Assembly: GCF_002854065.1 (NCBI RefSeq) | Contig: NZ_CP024147.1 | Reading direction: 5' to 3' (one strand) | Source of the DNA: Escherichia coli | GTDB taxonomy: Bacteria; Pseudomonadota; Gammaproteobacteria; Enterobacterales; Enterobacteriaceae | Length of the DNA stretch: 64,000 nucleotides | Shown: positions 1 to 11,753 of the stretch, piece by piece | Position numbering within the stretch: the first letter of the stretch is position 1 | Layout: each line of letters starts with the position of its first letter | Notes under the pieces: model-generated | Told to the model about the DNA's origin: nothing | The model's database searches: none | The model's input: only the letters and a program-made list of their open reading frames with translations | Position numbers and translations under genes: made by a program

Positions 1-83
1 CAGTGCCACTTTTACACAACGTGTGACAAGGAGATGAGCAACAGACTCATTACACGATGTGCGTGGACTCCAGGAGACCTGCA

Positions 84-1739
84 ATGAATCTCTGGCAACA
101 AAACTACGATCCCGCCGGGAATATCTGGCTTTCCAGCCTGATAGCATCGCTTCCCATCCTGTTTTTCTTCTTTGCGCTGATTAAGCTCAAACTGAAAGGA
201 TACATCGCCGCCTCATGGACAGTGGCAATCGCCCTTGCCGTGGCTTTGCTGTTCTATAAAATGCCGGTCGCTAACGCGCTGGCCTCGGTGATTTATGGCT
301 TCTTCTACGGGTTGTGGCCCATCGCGTGGATCATTATTGCAGCGGTGTTCGTCTATAAGATCTCGGTGAAAACCGGGCAGTTTGACATCATTCGCTCGTC
401 TATTCTTTCGATAACCCCTGACCAGCGTCTGCAAATGCTGATCGTCGGTTTCTGTTTCGGCGCGTTCCTCGAAGGAGCTGCAGGCTTTGGCGCACCGGTA
501 GCAATTACCGCCGCATTGCTGGTCGGTCTGGGCTTTAAACCACTGTACGCCGCCGGGCTGTGCCTGATTGTTAACACCGCGCCAGTGGCATTTGGCGCGA
601 TGGGCATTCCAATCCTGGTTGCCGGACAGGTAACAGGTATCGACAGCTTTGAGATTGGCCAGATGGTGGGGCGGCAGCTACCGTTTATGACCATTATCGT
701 GCTGTTCTGGATCATGGCGATTATGGACGGCTGGCGCGGTATCAAAGAGACGTGGCCTGCGGTCGTGGTTGCGGGCGGCTCGTTTGCCATCGCTCAGTAC
801 CTTAGCTCTAACTTCATTGGGCCGGAGCTGCCGGATATTATCTCTTCGCTGGTATCACTGCTCTGCCTGACGCTGTTCCTCAAACGCTGGCAGCCAGTGC
901 GCGTATTCCGTTTTGGTGATTTGGGGGCGTCACAGGTTGATATGACGCTGGCCCACACCGGTTACACTGCGGGTCAGGTGTTACGTGCCTGGACACCGTT
1001 CCTGTTCCTGACCGCTACCGTAACACTGTGGAGTATCCCGCCGTTTAAAGCCCTGTTCGCATCGGGTGGCGCGCTGTATGAGTGGGTGATCAATATTCCG
1101 GTGCCGTACCTCGATAAACTGGTTGCCCGTATGCCGCCAGTAGTCAGCGAGGCTACAGCCTATGCCGCCGTGTTTAAGTTCGACTGGTTCTCTGCCACCG
1201 GTACCGCCATTCTGTTTGCTGCGTTGCTCTCGGTTGTCTGGCTGAAGATGAAACCGTCTGACGCTATCAGCACCTTCGGCAGCACGCTGAAAGAACTGGC
1301 TCTGCCCATCTACTCCATCGGTATGGTGCTGGCATTCGCCTTTATTTCGAACTATTCCGGACTGTCATCAACACTGGCGCTGGCACTGGCGCACACCGGT
1401 CATGCATTCACCTTCTTCTCGCCGTTCCTCGGCTGGCTGGGGGTATTCCTGACCGGGTCGGATACCTCATCTAACGCCCTGTTCGCCGCGCTGCAAGCCA
1501 CCGCAGCACAACAAATTGGCGTCTCTGATCTGTTGCTGGTTGCCGCCAATACCACCGGTGGCGTCACCGGTAAGATGATCTCCCCGCAATCTATCGCTAT
1601 CGCCTGTGCGGCGGTAGGCCTGGTGGGCAAAGAGTCTGATTTGTTCCGCTTTACTGTCAAACACAGCCTGATCTTCACCTGTATGGTGGGCGTGATCACC
1701 ACGCTTCAGGCCTATGTCTTAACGTGGATGATTCCTTAA
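84..1739 (+). CDS. lldP: L-lactate permease (LctP family)
   Basis: ORF track 57..1739; multi-TM transporter translation; start trimmed to Met at 84 ([13 protein letters not shown]) from recall of E. coli LldP; followed by lldR-lldD. Confidence 0.95.
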   Translation: MNLWQQNYDPAGNIWLSSLIASLPILFFFFALIKLKLKGYIAASWTVAIALAVALLFYKMPVANALASVIYGFFYGLWPIAWIIIAAVFVYKISVKTGQFDIIRSSILSITPDQRLQMLIVGFCFGAFLEGAAGFGAPVAITAALLVGLGFKPLYAAGLCLIVNTAPVAFGAMGIPILVAGQVTGIDSFEIGQMVGRQLPFMTIIVLFWIMAIMDGWRGIKETWPAVVVAGGSFAIAQYLSSNFIGPELPDIISSLVSLLCLTLFLKRWQPVRVFRFGDLGASQVDMTLAHTGYTAGQVLRAWTPFLFLTATVTLWSIPPFKALFASGGALYEWVINIPVPYLDKLVARMPPVVSEATAYAAVFKFDWFSATGTAILFAALLSVVWLKMKPSDAISTFGSTLKELALPIYSIGMVLAFAFISNYSGLSSTLALALAHTGHAFTFFSPFLGWLGVFLTGSDTSSNALFAALQATAAQQIGVSDLLLVAANTTGGVTGKMISPQSIAIACAAVGLVGKESDLFRFTVKHSLIFTCMVGVITTLQAYVLTWMIP

Positions 1740-2515
1740 TGATTGTTTTACCCAGACGCCTGTCAGACGAGGTTGCCGATCGTGTGCGGGCGCTGATTGA
1801 TGAAAAAAACCTGGAAGCGGGCATGAAGTTGCCCGCTGAGCGCCAACTGGCGATGCAACTCGGCGTATCACGTAATTCACTGCGCGAGGCACTGGCAAAA
1901 CTGGTGAGCGAAGGCGTGCTGCTCAGTCGACGCGGCGGCGGGACGTTTATTCGCTGGCGTCATGACACATGGTCGGAGCAAAACATCGTCCAGCCGCTAA
2001 AAACGCTGATGGCCGATGATCCGGATTACAGTTTCGATATTCTGGAAGCCCGCTACGCCATTGAAGCCAGCACCGCATGGCATGCGGCAATGCGCGCCAC
2101 ACCTGGCGACAAAGAAAAGATTCAGCTTTGCTTTGAAGCAACGCTCAGCGAAGACCCGGATATCGCCTCACAAGCGGACGTTCGTTTTCATCTGGCGATT
2201 GCCGAAGCCTCACATAACATCGTGCTGCTGCAAACCATGCGCGGTTTCTTCGATGTCCTGCAATCCTCAGTGAAGCATAGCCGTCAGCGGATGTATCTGG
2301 TGCCACCGGTTTTTTCACAACTGACCGAACAACATCAGGCTGTCATTGACGCCATTTTTGCTGGTGATGCCGACGGGGCGCGTAAAGCAATGATGGCGCA
2401 CCTTAGTTTTGTTCACACCACCATGAAACGATTCGATGAAGATCAGGCTCGCCACGCACGGATTACCCGCCTGCCCGGTGAGCATAATGAGCATTCGAGG
2501 GAGAAAAACGCATGA
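1739..2515 (+). CDS. lldR: GntR/FadR-family transcriptional regulator of the L-lactate operon
   Basis: ORF track 1724..2515; N-terminal HTH ([22 protein letters not shown]); start placed at Met 1739 overlapping the lldP stop (TAATG). Confidence 0.93.
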
Positions 2516-3702
2516 TTATTTCCGCAGCCAGCGATTATCGCGCCGCAGCGCAACGCATTCTGCCGCCGTTCCTGTTCCACTATATGGATGGGGGTGCATA
2601 TTCTGAATACACGCTGCGCCGCAACGTGGAAGATTTGTCAGAAGTGGCGCTGCGCCAGCGTATTCTGAAAAACATGTCCGACTTAAGCCTGGAAACGACG
2701 CTGTTTAATGAGAAATTGTCGATGCCGGTGGCGCTAGGTCCGGTAGGTTTGTGTGGCATGTATGCGCGACGCGGCGAAGTTCAGGCAGCCAAAGCGGCGG
2801 ATGCGCATGGCATTCCGTTTACTCTCTCGACGGTTTCCGTTTGCCCGATTGAAGAAGTCGCGCCAGCCATCAAGCGCCCAATGTGGTTCCAGCTTTATGT
2901 ACTGCGCGATCGCGGCTTTATGCGTAACGCGCTGGAGCGAGCAAAAGCAGCGGGTTGTTCGACGCTGGTTTTCACCGTGGATATGCCGACACCGGGAGCG
3001 CGTTATCGTGATGCGCATTCTGGAATGAGCGGCCCGAACGCGGCAATGCGCCGCTATTTGCAGGCGGTGACGCATCCGCAATGGGCGTGGGATGTGGGCC
3101 TGAACGGTCGTCCGCATGATTTAGGAAATATTTCGGCTTACCTCGGCAAACCGACCGGACTGGAAGATTACATCGGCTGGCTGGGGAATAACTTCGATCC
3201 GTCCATCTCATGGAAAGACCTTGAGTGGATCCGCGATTTCTGGGATGGCCCGATGGTGATCAAAGGGATCCTCGATCCGGAAGATGCGCGCGATGCAGTA
3301 CGTTTTGGTGCTGATGGGATTGTAGTTTCTAACCACGGTGGCCGCCAGTTGGACGGTGTACTCTCTTCCGCTCGTGCGTTGCCCGCTATTGCAGATGCGG
3401 TGAAAGGTGATATAGCCATTCTGGCGGATAGCGGAATTCGTAACGGGCTTGATGTCGTGCGTATGATTGCGCTCGGTGCCGACACCGTACTGCTGGGTCG
3501 TGCTTTCTTGTATGCGCTGGCAACAGCTGGCCAGGCGGGTGTAGCTAACCTGCTAAATCTGATCGAAAAAGAGATGAAAGTGGCGATGACGCTGACTGGC
3601 GCGAAATCGATCAGCGAAATTACGCAAGATTCGCTGGTGCAGGGGCTGGGTAAAGAGTTGCCTGCGGCACTGGCTCCCATGGCGAAAGGGAATGCGGCAT
3701 AG
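2512..3702 (+). CDS. lldD: FMN-dependent L-lactate dehydrogenase
   Basis: ORF track 2512..3702 (396 aa); alpha-hydroxy-acid dehydrogenase family translation; ATGA overlap with lldR; operon context. Confidence 0.96.
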
Positions 3703-3705
3703 TCG

Positions 3706-3860
3706 TTTGCGCCCCCTCACCCTAACCCTCTCCCTCAGGGAGAGGGGAACGTTCGGCGCTGTATGTACTCCCTCACTCTGAAACGACACCGCACTCTTTT
3801 TTTCTCCCTCGCCCCTCTGGGGAGAGGCCGGGGTGAGGGGAAAAGGCCGCACGGCTCACC
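3706..3860. repeat. Cluster of GC-rich imperfect palindromic repeat units (boxC-like; family name from memory, uncertain)
   Basis: Units gccccctcaccctaaccctctccctcagggagagggg (3710..3746) and ctccctcgcccctctggggagaggccggggtgagggg (about 3806..3842); internal hairpin ccctctccc-tca-gggagaggg; ccctcaccc in unit 1 is the reverse complement of gggtgaggg in unit 2. Confidence 0.5.
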
Positions 3861-3898
3861 AATTTTCTGCTATCCTGCCCCCGCACTAAGGGGGCAGT

Positions 3899-4372
3899 AT
3901 GCTAAACATCGTACTTTACGAACCAGAAATTCCGCCAAATACTGGCAACATCATCCGTCTTTGCGCTAATACCGGCTTTCGTCTGCATATCATCGAACCG
4001 ATGGGATTTGCCTGGGACGATAAGCGCCTGCGCCGCGCAGGGCTGGACTATCACGAATTTACCGCCGTTACGCGTCATCATGACTATCGCGCGTTCCTCG
4101 AAGCAGAAAATCCCCAACGGCTGTTTGCCCTTACGACCAAAGGTACGCCCGCACATAGCGCCGTAAGCTATCAGGATGGCGACTATCTGATGTTTGGCCC
4201 GGAAACGCGCGGCCTGCCAGCGAGCATTCTTGATGCCCTGCCCGCTGAACAAAAAATTCGTATTCCAATGGTGCCGGACAGCCGCAGCATGAACCTGTCC
4301 AATGCGGTGTCGGTGGTGGTGTATGAAGCCTGGCGCCAGCTGGGGTATCCGGGAGCGGTGTTGAGAGATTAG
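3899..4372 (+). CDS. trmL: tRNA (cytidine/uridine-2'-O)-methyltransferase, SpoU/TrmH family
   Basis: ORF track 3899..4372 (157 aa); [27 protein letters not shown] matches recalled TrmL (YibK). Confidence 0.95.
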   Translation: MLNIVLYEPEIPPNTGNIIRLCANTGFRLHIIEPMGFAWDDKRLRRAGLDYHEFTAVTRHHDYRAFLEAENPQRLFALTTKGTPAHSAVSYQDGDYLMFGPETRGLPASILDALPAEQKIRIPMVPDSRSMNLSNAVSVVVYEAWRQLGYPGAVLRD

Positions 4373-4378
4373 TTACGC

Positions 4379-4428
4379 CAGGCCGGATAAGATGCGTTAT
4401 GAACTGCATCGCATCCGGCACGATCACA
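4379..4428. repeat. REP-like palindromic element between convergent trmL and cysE
   Basis: gccaggccggataagatgcg...cgcatccggcac resembles the REP consensus (GCCGGATG..CTTATCCGGC) and forms a hairpin. Confidence 0.45.
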
Positions 4429-4433
4429 AGGCG

Positions 4434-5255
4434 TCAGATCCCATCCCCATACTCAAATGTATGGTTAATACCGTTGAAATGCTGGTCCATATCCATTGAT
4501 GGCTTATCGCTGTCTGGTTTACCGACAATGCGTGCCGGAACGCCAGCGGCGGTGGTATGCGGCGGCACCGGTTGCAGCACTACAGAACCTGCACCAATCT
4601 TCGCGCCGCGCCCAACTTCAATATTGCCGAGAATTTTCGCGCCCGCGCCAATCATCACACCTTCACGAATTTTCGGGTGACGGTCACCACCAGATTTACC
4701 CGTACCGCCAAGCGTCACAGATTGCAGAATCGATACGTCGTTTTCAATCACCGCCGTTTCACCAACGACGATGCCTGTCGCGTGGTCAAGCATGATACCG
4801 CGACCAATTTTTGCTGCCGGGTGAATATCAACCTGGAACATCACAGAAACCTGGTTTTGCAGAAAGATTGCCAGTGCGCGACGCCCCTGATTCCACAACC
4901 AGTGACCGATGCGATAGGCCTGCAAGGCATGAAAACCCTTCAGGTATAACAACGGGGTTGAGTATTTATCGACTGCCGGGTCGCGGGTACGCACCGCCTG
5001 AATATCACAGGCCGCAGAGGCGATCATTTCCGGGTCAGCGGCGTAGGCTTCTTCCACCACTTCACGGATAGCAATAGCAGGCATAATTGGCGATGACAGC
5101 TTGTTCGCCAGCATGTAGCTCAGTGCACTGCCAAGGTTTTCGTGCTTGAGTAGCGTCGCGTGGTAAAAACTGGCCAGCATTGGCTCACAGTCCGCCAGCG
5201 TTCTGGCTTCGGCTTTAATATTGTTCCAGACAATTTCCAGTTCTTCACACGACAT
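4434..5255 (-). CDS. cysE: Serine O-acetyltransferase
   Basis: ORF track 4434..5255 (273 aa); hexapeptide-repeat C-terminus; MSCEELEIVWNNIKAEAR N-terminus as recalled for CysE. Confidence 0.96.
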   Translation of the reverse strand: MSCEELEIVWNNIKAEARTLADCEPMLASFYHATLLKHENLGSALSYMLANKLSSPIMPAIAIREVVEEAYAADPEMIASAACDIQAVRTRDPAVDKYSTPLLYLKGFHALQAYRIGHWLWNQGRRALAIFLQNQVSVMFQVDIHPAAKIGRGIMLDHATGIVVGETAVIENDVSILQSVTLGGTGKSGGDRHPKIREGVMIGAGAKILGNIEVGRGAKIGAGSVVLQPVPPHTTAAGVPARIVGKPDSDKPSMDMDQHFNGINHTFEYGDGI

Positions 5256-5334
5256 TGCTTACTCCACACGATGAGATAATGACCGGCCCGTTCTGCGCGG
5301 GCCGGGTCATAGCGGTAACAAAGGTTCCCTGGGG

Positions 5335-6354
5335 TTAGTGGCTGCTGCGCTCGTCCTTGCGTGCACGACCTAATAACGTCAATGCTGCCTCGCGCGCGTT
5401 TTTTCCGCAATATAATACTTGATAAATTTCCTCGGTTATTGGCATTTCAACGCCGAAGCGATGCGCCAGTTCGCGGACTTCTTTCGTATTGCGGTAGCCT
5501 TCCACCACCTGACCAATCTTCTCCTGCGCGCTTTGTACATCCATGCCCTGACCGAGCATCATGCCAAAACGGCGGTTACGCGACTGGTTGTCGGTACAGG
5601 TAAGCACCAGATCCCCCAGCCCCGCCATGCCCATAAAGGTGGCAGGATCGGCACCCAGCGCCGCGCCAAGACGCGACATTTCAGCCAGCCCACGGGTGAT
5701 CAGCGCCGTACGCGCATTCGCACCAAAACCGATACCGTCGGACATCCCCGCACCAATGGCAATGACGTTTTTCACCGCGCCGCCAAGCTGCACGCCAATG
5801 AAATCCGGGTTACTGTAAACGCGGAAACTTTTGCCGCAGTGCAGCAGCTGCTGAAGATCATCAGCAAAGGTCTGATCGGTCGAGGCCAGCGAAATAGCTG
5901 TCGGTAAACCTGCCGCCAGTTCTTTCGCAAACGTTGGGCCAGAGATAACCGCCAGCGGAATTTGATCGCCTAACGCCTCGCGGGCCACGTCCTGTAACAG
6001 ACGCCCGGTTTCCGCTTCCAGCCCTTTGGTCGCCCACACCAGACGCGCATCAGGACGCATCAGCGGTTTAATCTGGCGCAGCACTTCACCAAAGACATGG
6101 CTGGGTACGACGACGAGAATATTACGGCTGGCTGCCAGCGCAGTGGCGAGATCGCTTTCAAGATGGAGCGTATCGGGAAAAGGCACATCGGGGAGAAACG
6201 CGGCGTTACAGCGGTCGCGTTCAAGCGTTGCGATATGTTCAGGGTCATGGCCCCAGAGGACAACCTCGTGGCCATTTCTTGCCAGGGTGATGGCAAGAGC
6301 GGTGCCGTACGAGCCGGCACCGATCACAGTCATTGAAGCATTACGTTGGTTCAT
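5335..6354 (-). CDS. gpsA: NAD(P)H-dependent glycerol-3-phosphate dehydrogenase
   Basis: ORF track 5335..6354 (339 aa); Rossmann motif [10 protein letters not shown]; synteny secB-gpsA-cysE. Confidence 0.96.
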   Translation of the reverse strand: MNQRNASMTVIGAGSYGTALAITLARNGHEVVLWGHDPEHIATLERDRCNAAFLPDVPFPDTLHLESDLATALAASRNILVVVPSHVFGEVLRQIKPLMRPDARLVWATKGLEAETGRLLQDVAREALGDQIPLAVISGPTFAKELAAGLPTAISLASTDQTFADDLQQLLHCGKSFRVYSNPDFIGVQLGGAVKNVIAIGAGMSDGIGFGANARTALITRGLAEMSRLGAALGADPATFMGMAGLGDLVLTCTDNQSRNRRFGMMLGQGMDVQSAQEKIGQVVEGYRNTKEVRELAHRFGVEMPITEEIYQVLYCGKNAREAALTLLGRARKDERSSH

Positions 6355-6821
6355 CAGGCATCCTGATGTTCTTCAGTACCTTCGCCAGCCTGCTGCTGCA
6401 AATAGTTCATGAACAGCGCATCGAAGTTAACCGGCGCAAGGTTCAGTTGCGGGAATGTACCGCGGGATACCATGCTGGTGATGCACTCACGAGCATACGG
6501 GAACAGAATGTTCGGGCAGTATGCGCCCAGGCAATGTGCCATCTGGGTGCCTTCGATACCCGCGATGGAGAAAATACCGCCCTGCTGAACTTCACACAGG
6601 AACGCGGTTTCTTCGCCCAGGGAGGCCGTTACGGTAACACGCAGTACCACTTCGTAAACGTCATCTGCCAGTTGAGTAGATGCCGTATCCAGATCAAGTT
6701 TAACTTCTGGCTGCCAATCTTTCTGGAAAACGTGCGGCGCGTTCGGCGCTTCGAAAGAAATATCCTTGGTATAAATACGTTGGATCTGGAAAGTCATTTC
6801 GGTGTTGTTTTGTTCTGACAT
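6354..6821 (-). CDS. secB: Protein-export chaperone SecB
   Basis: ORF track 6354..6821 (155 aa); [29 protein letters not shown] matches recalled SecB. Confidence 0.96.
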
Positions 6822-6883
6822 GTGTAGAAAACCCTTAAGTGTTGTCCTTAAATACTGCGCAATGTAATGCCAACGTTCACACG

Positions 6884-7135
6884 TTATTTCAGCAGGGGAT
6901 CCAGTCCACCACGTGCATCCAATGCATACAAGTCATCACAGCCGCCAATGTGCTGTGCGTCAATAAAAATCTGGGGAACCGTGGTGCGACCGCTGCGTTT
7001 GATCATCTCTTCACGCTTGGCGGCGTTGCCATCGATCGGCAGCTCCTGGAAACTCACGCCTTTGCTGCTCAGCAGTGCTTTTGCACGATGGCAATACGGG
7101 CAGGTTTCTTTGGTATAGATTTCAACATTGGCCAT
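6884..7135 (-). CDS. grxC: Glutaredoxin 3
   Basis: ORF track 6884..7135 (83 aa); CPYC active-site motif. Confidence 0.95.
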
Positions 7136-7276
7136 AAATTAGCTCCTGTTTTTTTACCCTGAAATTTCATGTTGCAGGGCGGCAGCAAAATGGAGTGTCC
7201 CCAGAAGCTTATAACAATAAGTCGCTGGGGGCCTAATTGCAGCTAACGGCCTGCATCATGAAAGACGACAGGTAAA

Positions 7277-7708
7277 TTATTTGCCGCGCACCAAAGGCAA
7301 GTTTTCGCCAGCCCAGCCAGCGACGCCTTCTTTCAGCACGAATACTTGCGCAAAACCAGCTTTCGTCAGTGCGTTTGCAGGCTCCTGGCACTGCATGCCA
7401 GAACCGTCTACCACGATAACCGGTTTGTCTTTGTGCTTCTCAAGCTCACCAACATTGTTGGCTTTGATTTCGCTCGGCAACAGATTAATAGAACCTGCGA
7501 TATGGCCTTTACGGAAGTCATCACGCTGACGTAAATCCACAACCACAGCGTCTTCTTTGTTGATCAGACGCGTAGCTTCACCACGACTAATCACCTTCAC
7601 TTTCGAGGTCAGGCTCTTAAACGTAGTCACAAGAACCGCCACCAGTAACGCGATCCAGGCGATACTCAGTATGGGATGACGGCCAACAAATTGCATAATT
7701 TCTTGCAT
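7277..7708 (-). CDS. yibN: Rhodanese-domain inner-membrane protein
   Basis: ORF track 7277..7720; start trimmed to [12 protein letters not shown] (recall); single TM plus rhodanese domain. Confidence 0.88.
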   Translation of the reverse strand: MQEIMQFVGRHPILSIAWIALLVAVLVTTFKSLTSKVKVISRGEATRLINKEDAVVVDLRQRDDFRKGHIAGSINLLPSEIKANNVGELEKHKDKPVIVVDGSGMQCQEPANALTKAGFAQVFVLKEGVAGWAGENLPLVRGK

Positions 7709-7952
7709 GGGGGGTAACAACTCCCGACGTAGTGATTAAAAAAACCAGGAAAGGAGTATACCTGCGCGGTGCGGCAAATACAGCCAGCGCGTTAACTGGA
7801 ATGCAATTTTGCGGGGCGCGACGAAAAAAAAGCGTAAATCTGGCATCGGCTTGCCGCGAGCGGTCGTATATTTTGATCTTCAGAGGCTATTTTATCGATT
7901 CAGCTGTAGTAAAATTACGCAAATTTTGACTCTTGAGTATGAGGTTGTCGCA

Positions 7953-9497
7953 ATGTCGGTTTCTAAAAAACCTATGGTACTGGTGATTCTGGATGGCTAT
8001 GGCTATCGCGAAGAACAGCAGGATAACGCCATTTTTAGTGCTAAAACCCCGGTAATGGATGCACTGTGGGCCAATCGTCCGCATACCCTGATCGACGCTT
8101 CCGGTCTGGAAGTCGGTCTGCCTGACCGTCAGATGGGTAACTCCGAAGTAGGCCACGTTAACCTGGGTGCCGGCCGCATCGTGTATCAGGACCTGACTCG
8201 TCTGGACGTTGAAATCAAAAATCGCGCTTTCTTTGCTAATCCAGTGCTGACTGGCGCGGTAGATAAAGCGAAAAACGCAGGCAAAGCGGTACACATTATG
8301 GGTCTGCTCTCCGCAGGCGGCGTACACAGCCACGAAGATCACATCATGGCGATGGTAGAACTGGCAGCTGAACGCGGCGCAGAAAAAATCTACCTGCACG
8401 CATTCCTTGACGGTCGCGACACTCCGCCGCGCAGTGCTGAATCCTCGCTGAAAAAATTCGAAGAGAAATTTGCCGCGCTGGGTAAAGGCCGCGTAGCGTC
8501 CATCATTGGTCGTTACTACGCGATGGACCGCGATAACCGTTGGGATCGCGTTGAAAAAGCTTATGACCTGCTGACTCTGGCGCAGGGTGAGTTCCAGGCC
8601 GATACCGCCGTTGCTGGTTTGCAGGCTGCTTATGCTCGCGACGAAAACGACGAGTTCGTGAAAGCGACCGTTATTCGTGCAGAAGGTCAGCCAGATGCGG
8701 CAATGGAAGACGGCGATGCGCTGATTTTCATGAACTTCCGTGCTGACCGTGCGCGTGAAATCACTCGTGCTTTCGTGAACGCTGATTTCGATGGCTTCGC
8801 GCGTAAGAAAGTGGTTAACGTCGATTTCGTGATGCTGACCGAATACGCCGCTGACATCAAAACTGCGGTTGCTTACCCACCCGCTTCCCTGGTTAACACC
8901 TTCGGCGAGTGGATGGCGAAAAACGACAAAACTCAGTTGCGTATTTCCGAAACCGAAAAATATGCCCACGTTACTTTCTTCTTCAACGGTGGCGTAGAAG
9001 AGTCGTTCAAAGGCGAAGATCGCATTCTGATCAACTCACCGAAAGTGGCTACCTACGATCTGCAACCGGAAATGAGCTCCGCAGAGCTGACCGAAAAACT
9101 GGTTGCGGCCATCAAGAGCGGCAAATACGACACCATCATCTGTAACTATCCGAACGGCGACATGGTAGGTCACACCGGGGTGATGGAAGCGGCGGTTAAA
9201 GCGGTTGAAGCACTGGATCACTGCGTGGAAGAAGTCGCGAAAGCGGTTGAGTCCGTGGGTGGACAACTGCTGATCACCGCTGACCACGGTAACGCTGAGC
9301 AGATGCGCGATCCGGCAACGGGTCAGGCACATACGGCACACACCAACCTGCCAGTTCCGCTGATTTACGTTGGCGATAAGAACGTGAAAGCGGTTGAAGG
9401 CGGCAAACTTTCTGACATCGCGCCGACCATGTTGTCGCTGATGGGTATGGAAATCCCGCAAGAGATGACTGGTAAGCCGCTGTTCATCGTGGAATAA
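7953..9497 (+). CDS. gpmM: 2,3-bisphosphoglycerate-independent phosphoglycerate mutase
   Basis: ORF track 7809..9497 with upstream extension; start placed at in-frame ATG 7953 ([19 protein letters not shown]); iPGM family. Confidence 0.95.
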   Translation: MSVSKKPMVLVILDGYGYREEQQDNAIFSAKTPVMDALWANRPHTLIDASGLEVGLPDRQMGNSEVGHVNLGAGRIVYQDLTRLDVEIKNRAFFANPVLTGAVDKAKNAGKAVHIMGLLSAGGVHSHEDHIMAMVELAAERGAEKIYLHAFLDGRDTPPRSAESSLKKFEEKFAALGKGRVASIIGRYYAMDRDNRWDRVEKAYDLLTLAQGEFQADTAVAGLQAAYARDENDEFVKATVIRAEGQPDAAMEDGDALIFMNFRADRAREITRAFVNADFDGFARKKVVNVDFVMLTEYAADIKTAVAYPPASLVNTFGEWMAKNDKTQLRISETEKYAHVTFFFNGGVEESFKGEDRILINSPKVATYDLQPEMSSAELTEKLVAAIKSGKYDTIICNYPNGDMVGHTGVMEAAVKAVEALDHCVEEVAKAVESVGGQLLITADHGNAEQMRDPATGQAHTAHTNLPVPLIYVGDKNVKAVEGGKLSDIAPTMLSLMGMEIPQEMTGKPLFIVE

Positions 9498-9530
9498 TCC
9501 CTCCCCATGAGGGGAAAGGCGATTAATACC

Positions 9531-10790
9531 ATGACACGGGCCGTGAAACCGCGCAGGTTTGCAATCAGGCCCATCATCTACGCCAGCGTTCTTAGCGCTG
9601 GCGTATTGTTGTGCGCCTTTTCCGCCCACGCGGATGAGCGTGACCAACTCAAATCTATTCAGGCCGATATCGCCGCGAAAGAGCGCGCGGTACGCCAAAA
9701 GCAACAACAACGCGCAAGCCTGCTCGCACAATTGAAAAAGCAGGAAGAAGCGATCTCTGAATCCACCCGTAAGCTGCGCGAAACGCAAAACACGCTCAAT
9801 CAACTCAATAAACAGATTGATGAGATGAACGCGTCGATTGCCAAACTGGAGCAGCAAAAAGCCGCCCAGGAGCGCAGCCTCGCCGCACAACTGGATGCCG
9901 CATTCCGTCAGGGCGAGCATACCGGTATTCAGCTGATTCTCAGCGGTGAAGAAAGCCAGCGTGGACAGCGTTTACAGGCTTATTTCGGCTATCTCAACCA
10001 GGCGCGACAAGAAACCATTGCCCAGTTGAAGCAAACGCGTGAAGAAGTCGCCATGCAGCGTGCTGAACTGGAAGAGAAACAGAGCGAGCAACAAACGCTG
10101 TTATATGAGCAGCGCGCCCAACAGGCGAAACTGACTCAGGCGCTGAACGAGCGTAAAAAGACGCTGGCAGGGCTGGAGTCTTCCATCCAGCAAGGTCAGC
10201 AACAGTTGAGCGAGCTGCGCGCCAACGAATCCCGTCTGCGTAACAGCATTGCCCGTGCGGAAGCCGCGGCGAAAGCGCGTGCAGAACGAGAAGCACGTGA
10301 GGCCCAGGCGGTTCGCGACCGCCAGAAAGAAGCGACGCGTAAAGGCACCACCTACAAACCGACTGAAAGCGAAAAATCGCTGATGTCCCGTACCGGTGGT
10401 CTGGGCGCGCCGCGTGGTCAGGCATTCTGGCCGGTTCGCGGGCCGACGCTGCATCGCTATGGCGAACAGCTACAGGGTGAATTACGCTGGAAAGGGATGG
10501 TGATTGGTGCCTCTGAAGGTACTGAAGTTAAAGCGATTGCCGACGGTCGGGTGATTCTGGCTGACTGGCTGCAAGGCTACGGTCTGGTGGTGGTGGTTGA
10601 GCATGGTAAAGGCGACATGAGTCTTTACGGCTATAATCAGAGCGCACTGGTGAGCGTTGGTTCGCAGGTTCGCGCGGGCCAGCCAATTGCACTGGTGGGC
10701 AGCAGTGGCGGTCAGGGTCGGCCTTCACTCTATTTCGAAATTCGCCGCCAGGGTCAGGCGGTCAATCCACAGCCGTGGTTGGGAAGATAA
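9531..10790 (+). CDS. envC: Septal murein hydrolase activator EnvC (coiled-coil plus LytM/M23 domain)
   Basis: ORF track 9507..10790; start trimmed to MTRAVKPRRFAIRP; Q/E/A-rich coiled coil followed by M23-like C-terminus. Confidence 0.93.
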   Translation: MTRAVKPRRFAIRPIIYASVLSAGVLLCAFSAHADERDQLKSIQADIAAKERAVRQKQQQRASLLAQLKKQEEAISESTRKLRETQNTLNQLNKQIDEMNASIAKLEQQKAAQERSLAAQLDAAFRQGEHTGIQLILSGEESQRGQRLQAYFGYLNQARQETIAQLKQTREEVAMQRAELEEKQSEQQTLLYEQRAQQAKLTQALNERKKTLAGLESSIQQGQQQLSELRANESRLRNSIARAEAAAKARAEREAREAQAVRDRQKEATRKGTTYKPTESEKSLMSRTGGLGAPRGQAFWPVRGPTLHRYGEQLQGELRWKGMVIGASEGTEVKAIADGRVILADWLQGYGLVVVVEHGKGDMSLYGYNQSALVSVGSQVRAGQPIALVGSSGGQGRPSLYFEIRRQGQAVNPQPWLGR

Positions 10791-10793
10791 GTT

Positions 10794-11753
10794 TTGTTTC
10801 CATTTCGTCGTAACGTTCTTGCATTTGCCGCTCTGTTGGCGCTCTCCTCCCCCGTAATTGCTGGCAAACTTGCCATCGTCATTGATGATTTTGGGTATCG
10901 CCCGCACAACGAAAACCAGGTGCTGGCGATGCCTTCCGCTATCTCCGTCGCTGTATTACCCGATTCACCGCACGCCAGAGAGATGGCGACCAAAGCGCAT
11001 AACAGCGGTCACGAAGTGTTGATTCATCTCCCGATGGCACCGTTGAGTAAACAGCCGCTGGAGAAAAATACGCTACGCCCGGAGATGAGCAGCGACGAAA
11101 TTGAGCGCATTATTCGTAGTGCGGTCAATAACGTGCCCTATGCCGTGGGGATCAACAACCACATGGGCAGCAAGATGACCTCTAACCTGTTTGGTATGCA
11201 GAAAGTGATGCAGGCGCTGGAGCGTTACAATCTTTACTTCCTCGACAGCGTAACCATTGGTAATACCCAGGCGATGCGCGCCGCGCAAGGCACTGGCGTG
11301 AAGGTTATTAAACGGAAGGTGTTCCTCGACGATTCACAGAACGAAGCGGACATCCGTGTGCAGTTCAATCGCGCAATTGATCTGGCGCGTCGCAACGGTT
11401 CAACCATTGCCATTGGGCATCCTCACCCTTCAACGGTACGCGTGCTACAACAGATGGTTTATAACCTGCCGCCAGACATTACGCTGGTAAAAGCCAGCAG
11501 CTTGCTGAATGAACCGCAGGTTGATACGTCTACACCGCCGAAAAACACTGTGCCCGACACACCGCGTAATCCGTTCCGTGGCGTGAAGCTGTGCAAACCG
11601 AAGAAACCGATAGAACCTGTTTATGCTAATCGCTTCTTTGAAGTATTAAGCGAAAGCATCAGCCAGAGCACGCTGATCGTTTACTTCCAGCATCAGTGGC
11701 AAGGCTGGGGCAAACAGCCCGAAGCGGCGAAACTTAACGCTAGCGCAAATTAA
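10794..11753 (+). CDS. yibQ: Divergent polysaccharide deacetylase family protein
   Basis: ORF track 10794..11753 (319 aa); synteny gpmM-envC-yibQ. Confidence 0.9.
   Translation: MFPFRRNVLAFAALLALSSPVIAGKLAIVIDDFGYRPHNENQVLAMPSAISVAVLPDSPHAREMATKAHNSGHEVLIHLPMAPLSKQPLEKNTLRPEMSSDEIERIIRSAVNNVPYAVGINNHMGSKMTSNLFGMQKVMQALERYNLYFLDSVTIGNTQAMRAAQGTGVKVIKRKVFLDDSQNEADIRVQFNRAIDLARRNGSTIAIGHPHPSTVRVLQQMVYNLPPDITLVKASSLLNEPQVDTSTPPKNTVPDTPRNPFRGVKLCKPKKPIEPVYANRFFEVLSESISQSTLIVYFQHQWQGWGKQPEAAKLNASAN

Noticed and set aside
7887-9920. Two long minus-strand ORFs (7887..8969 and 9036..9920) antisense to gpmM and envC
   Set aside because: Complete overlap with confidently assigned genes; translations lack motifs; treated as shadow ORFs.
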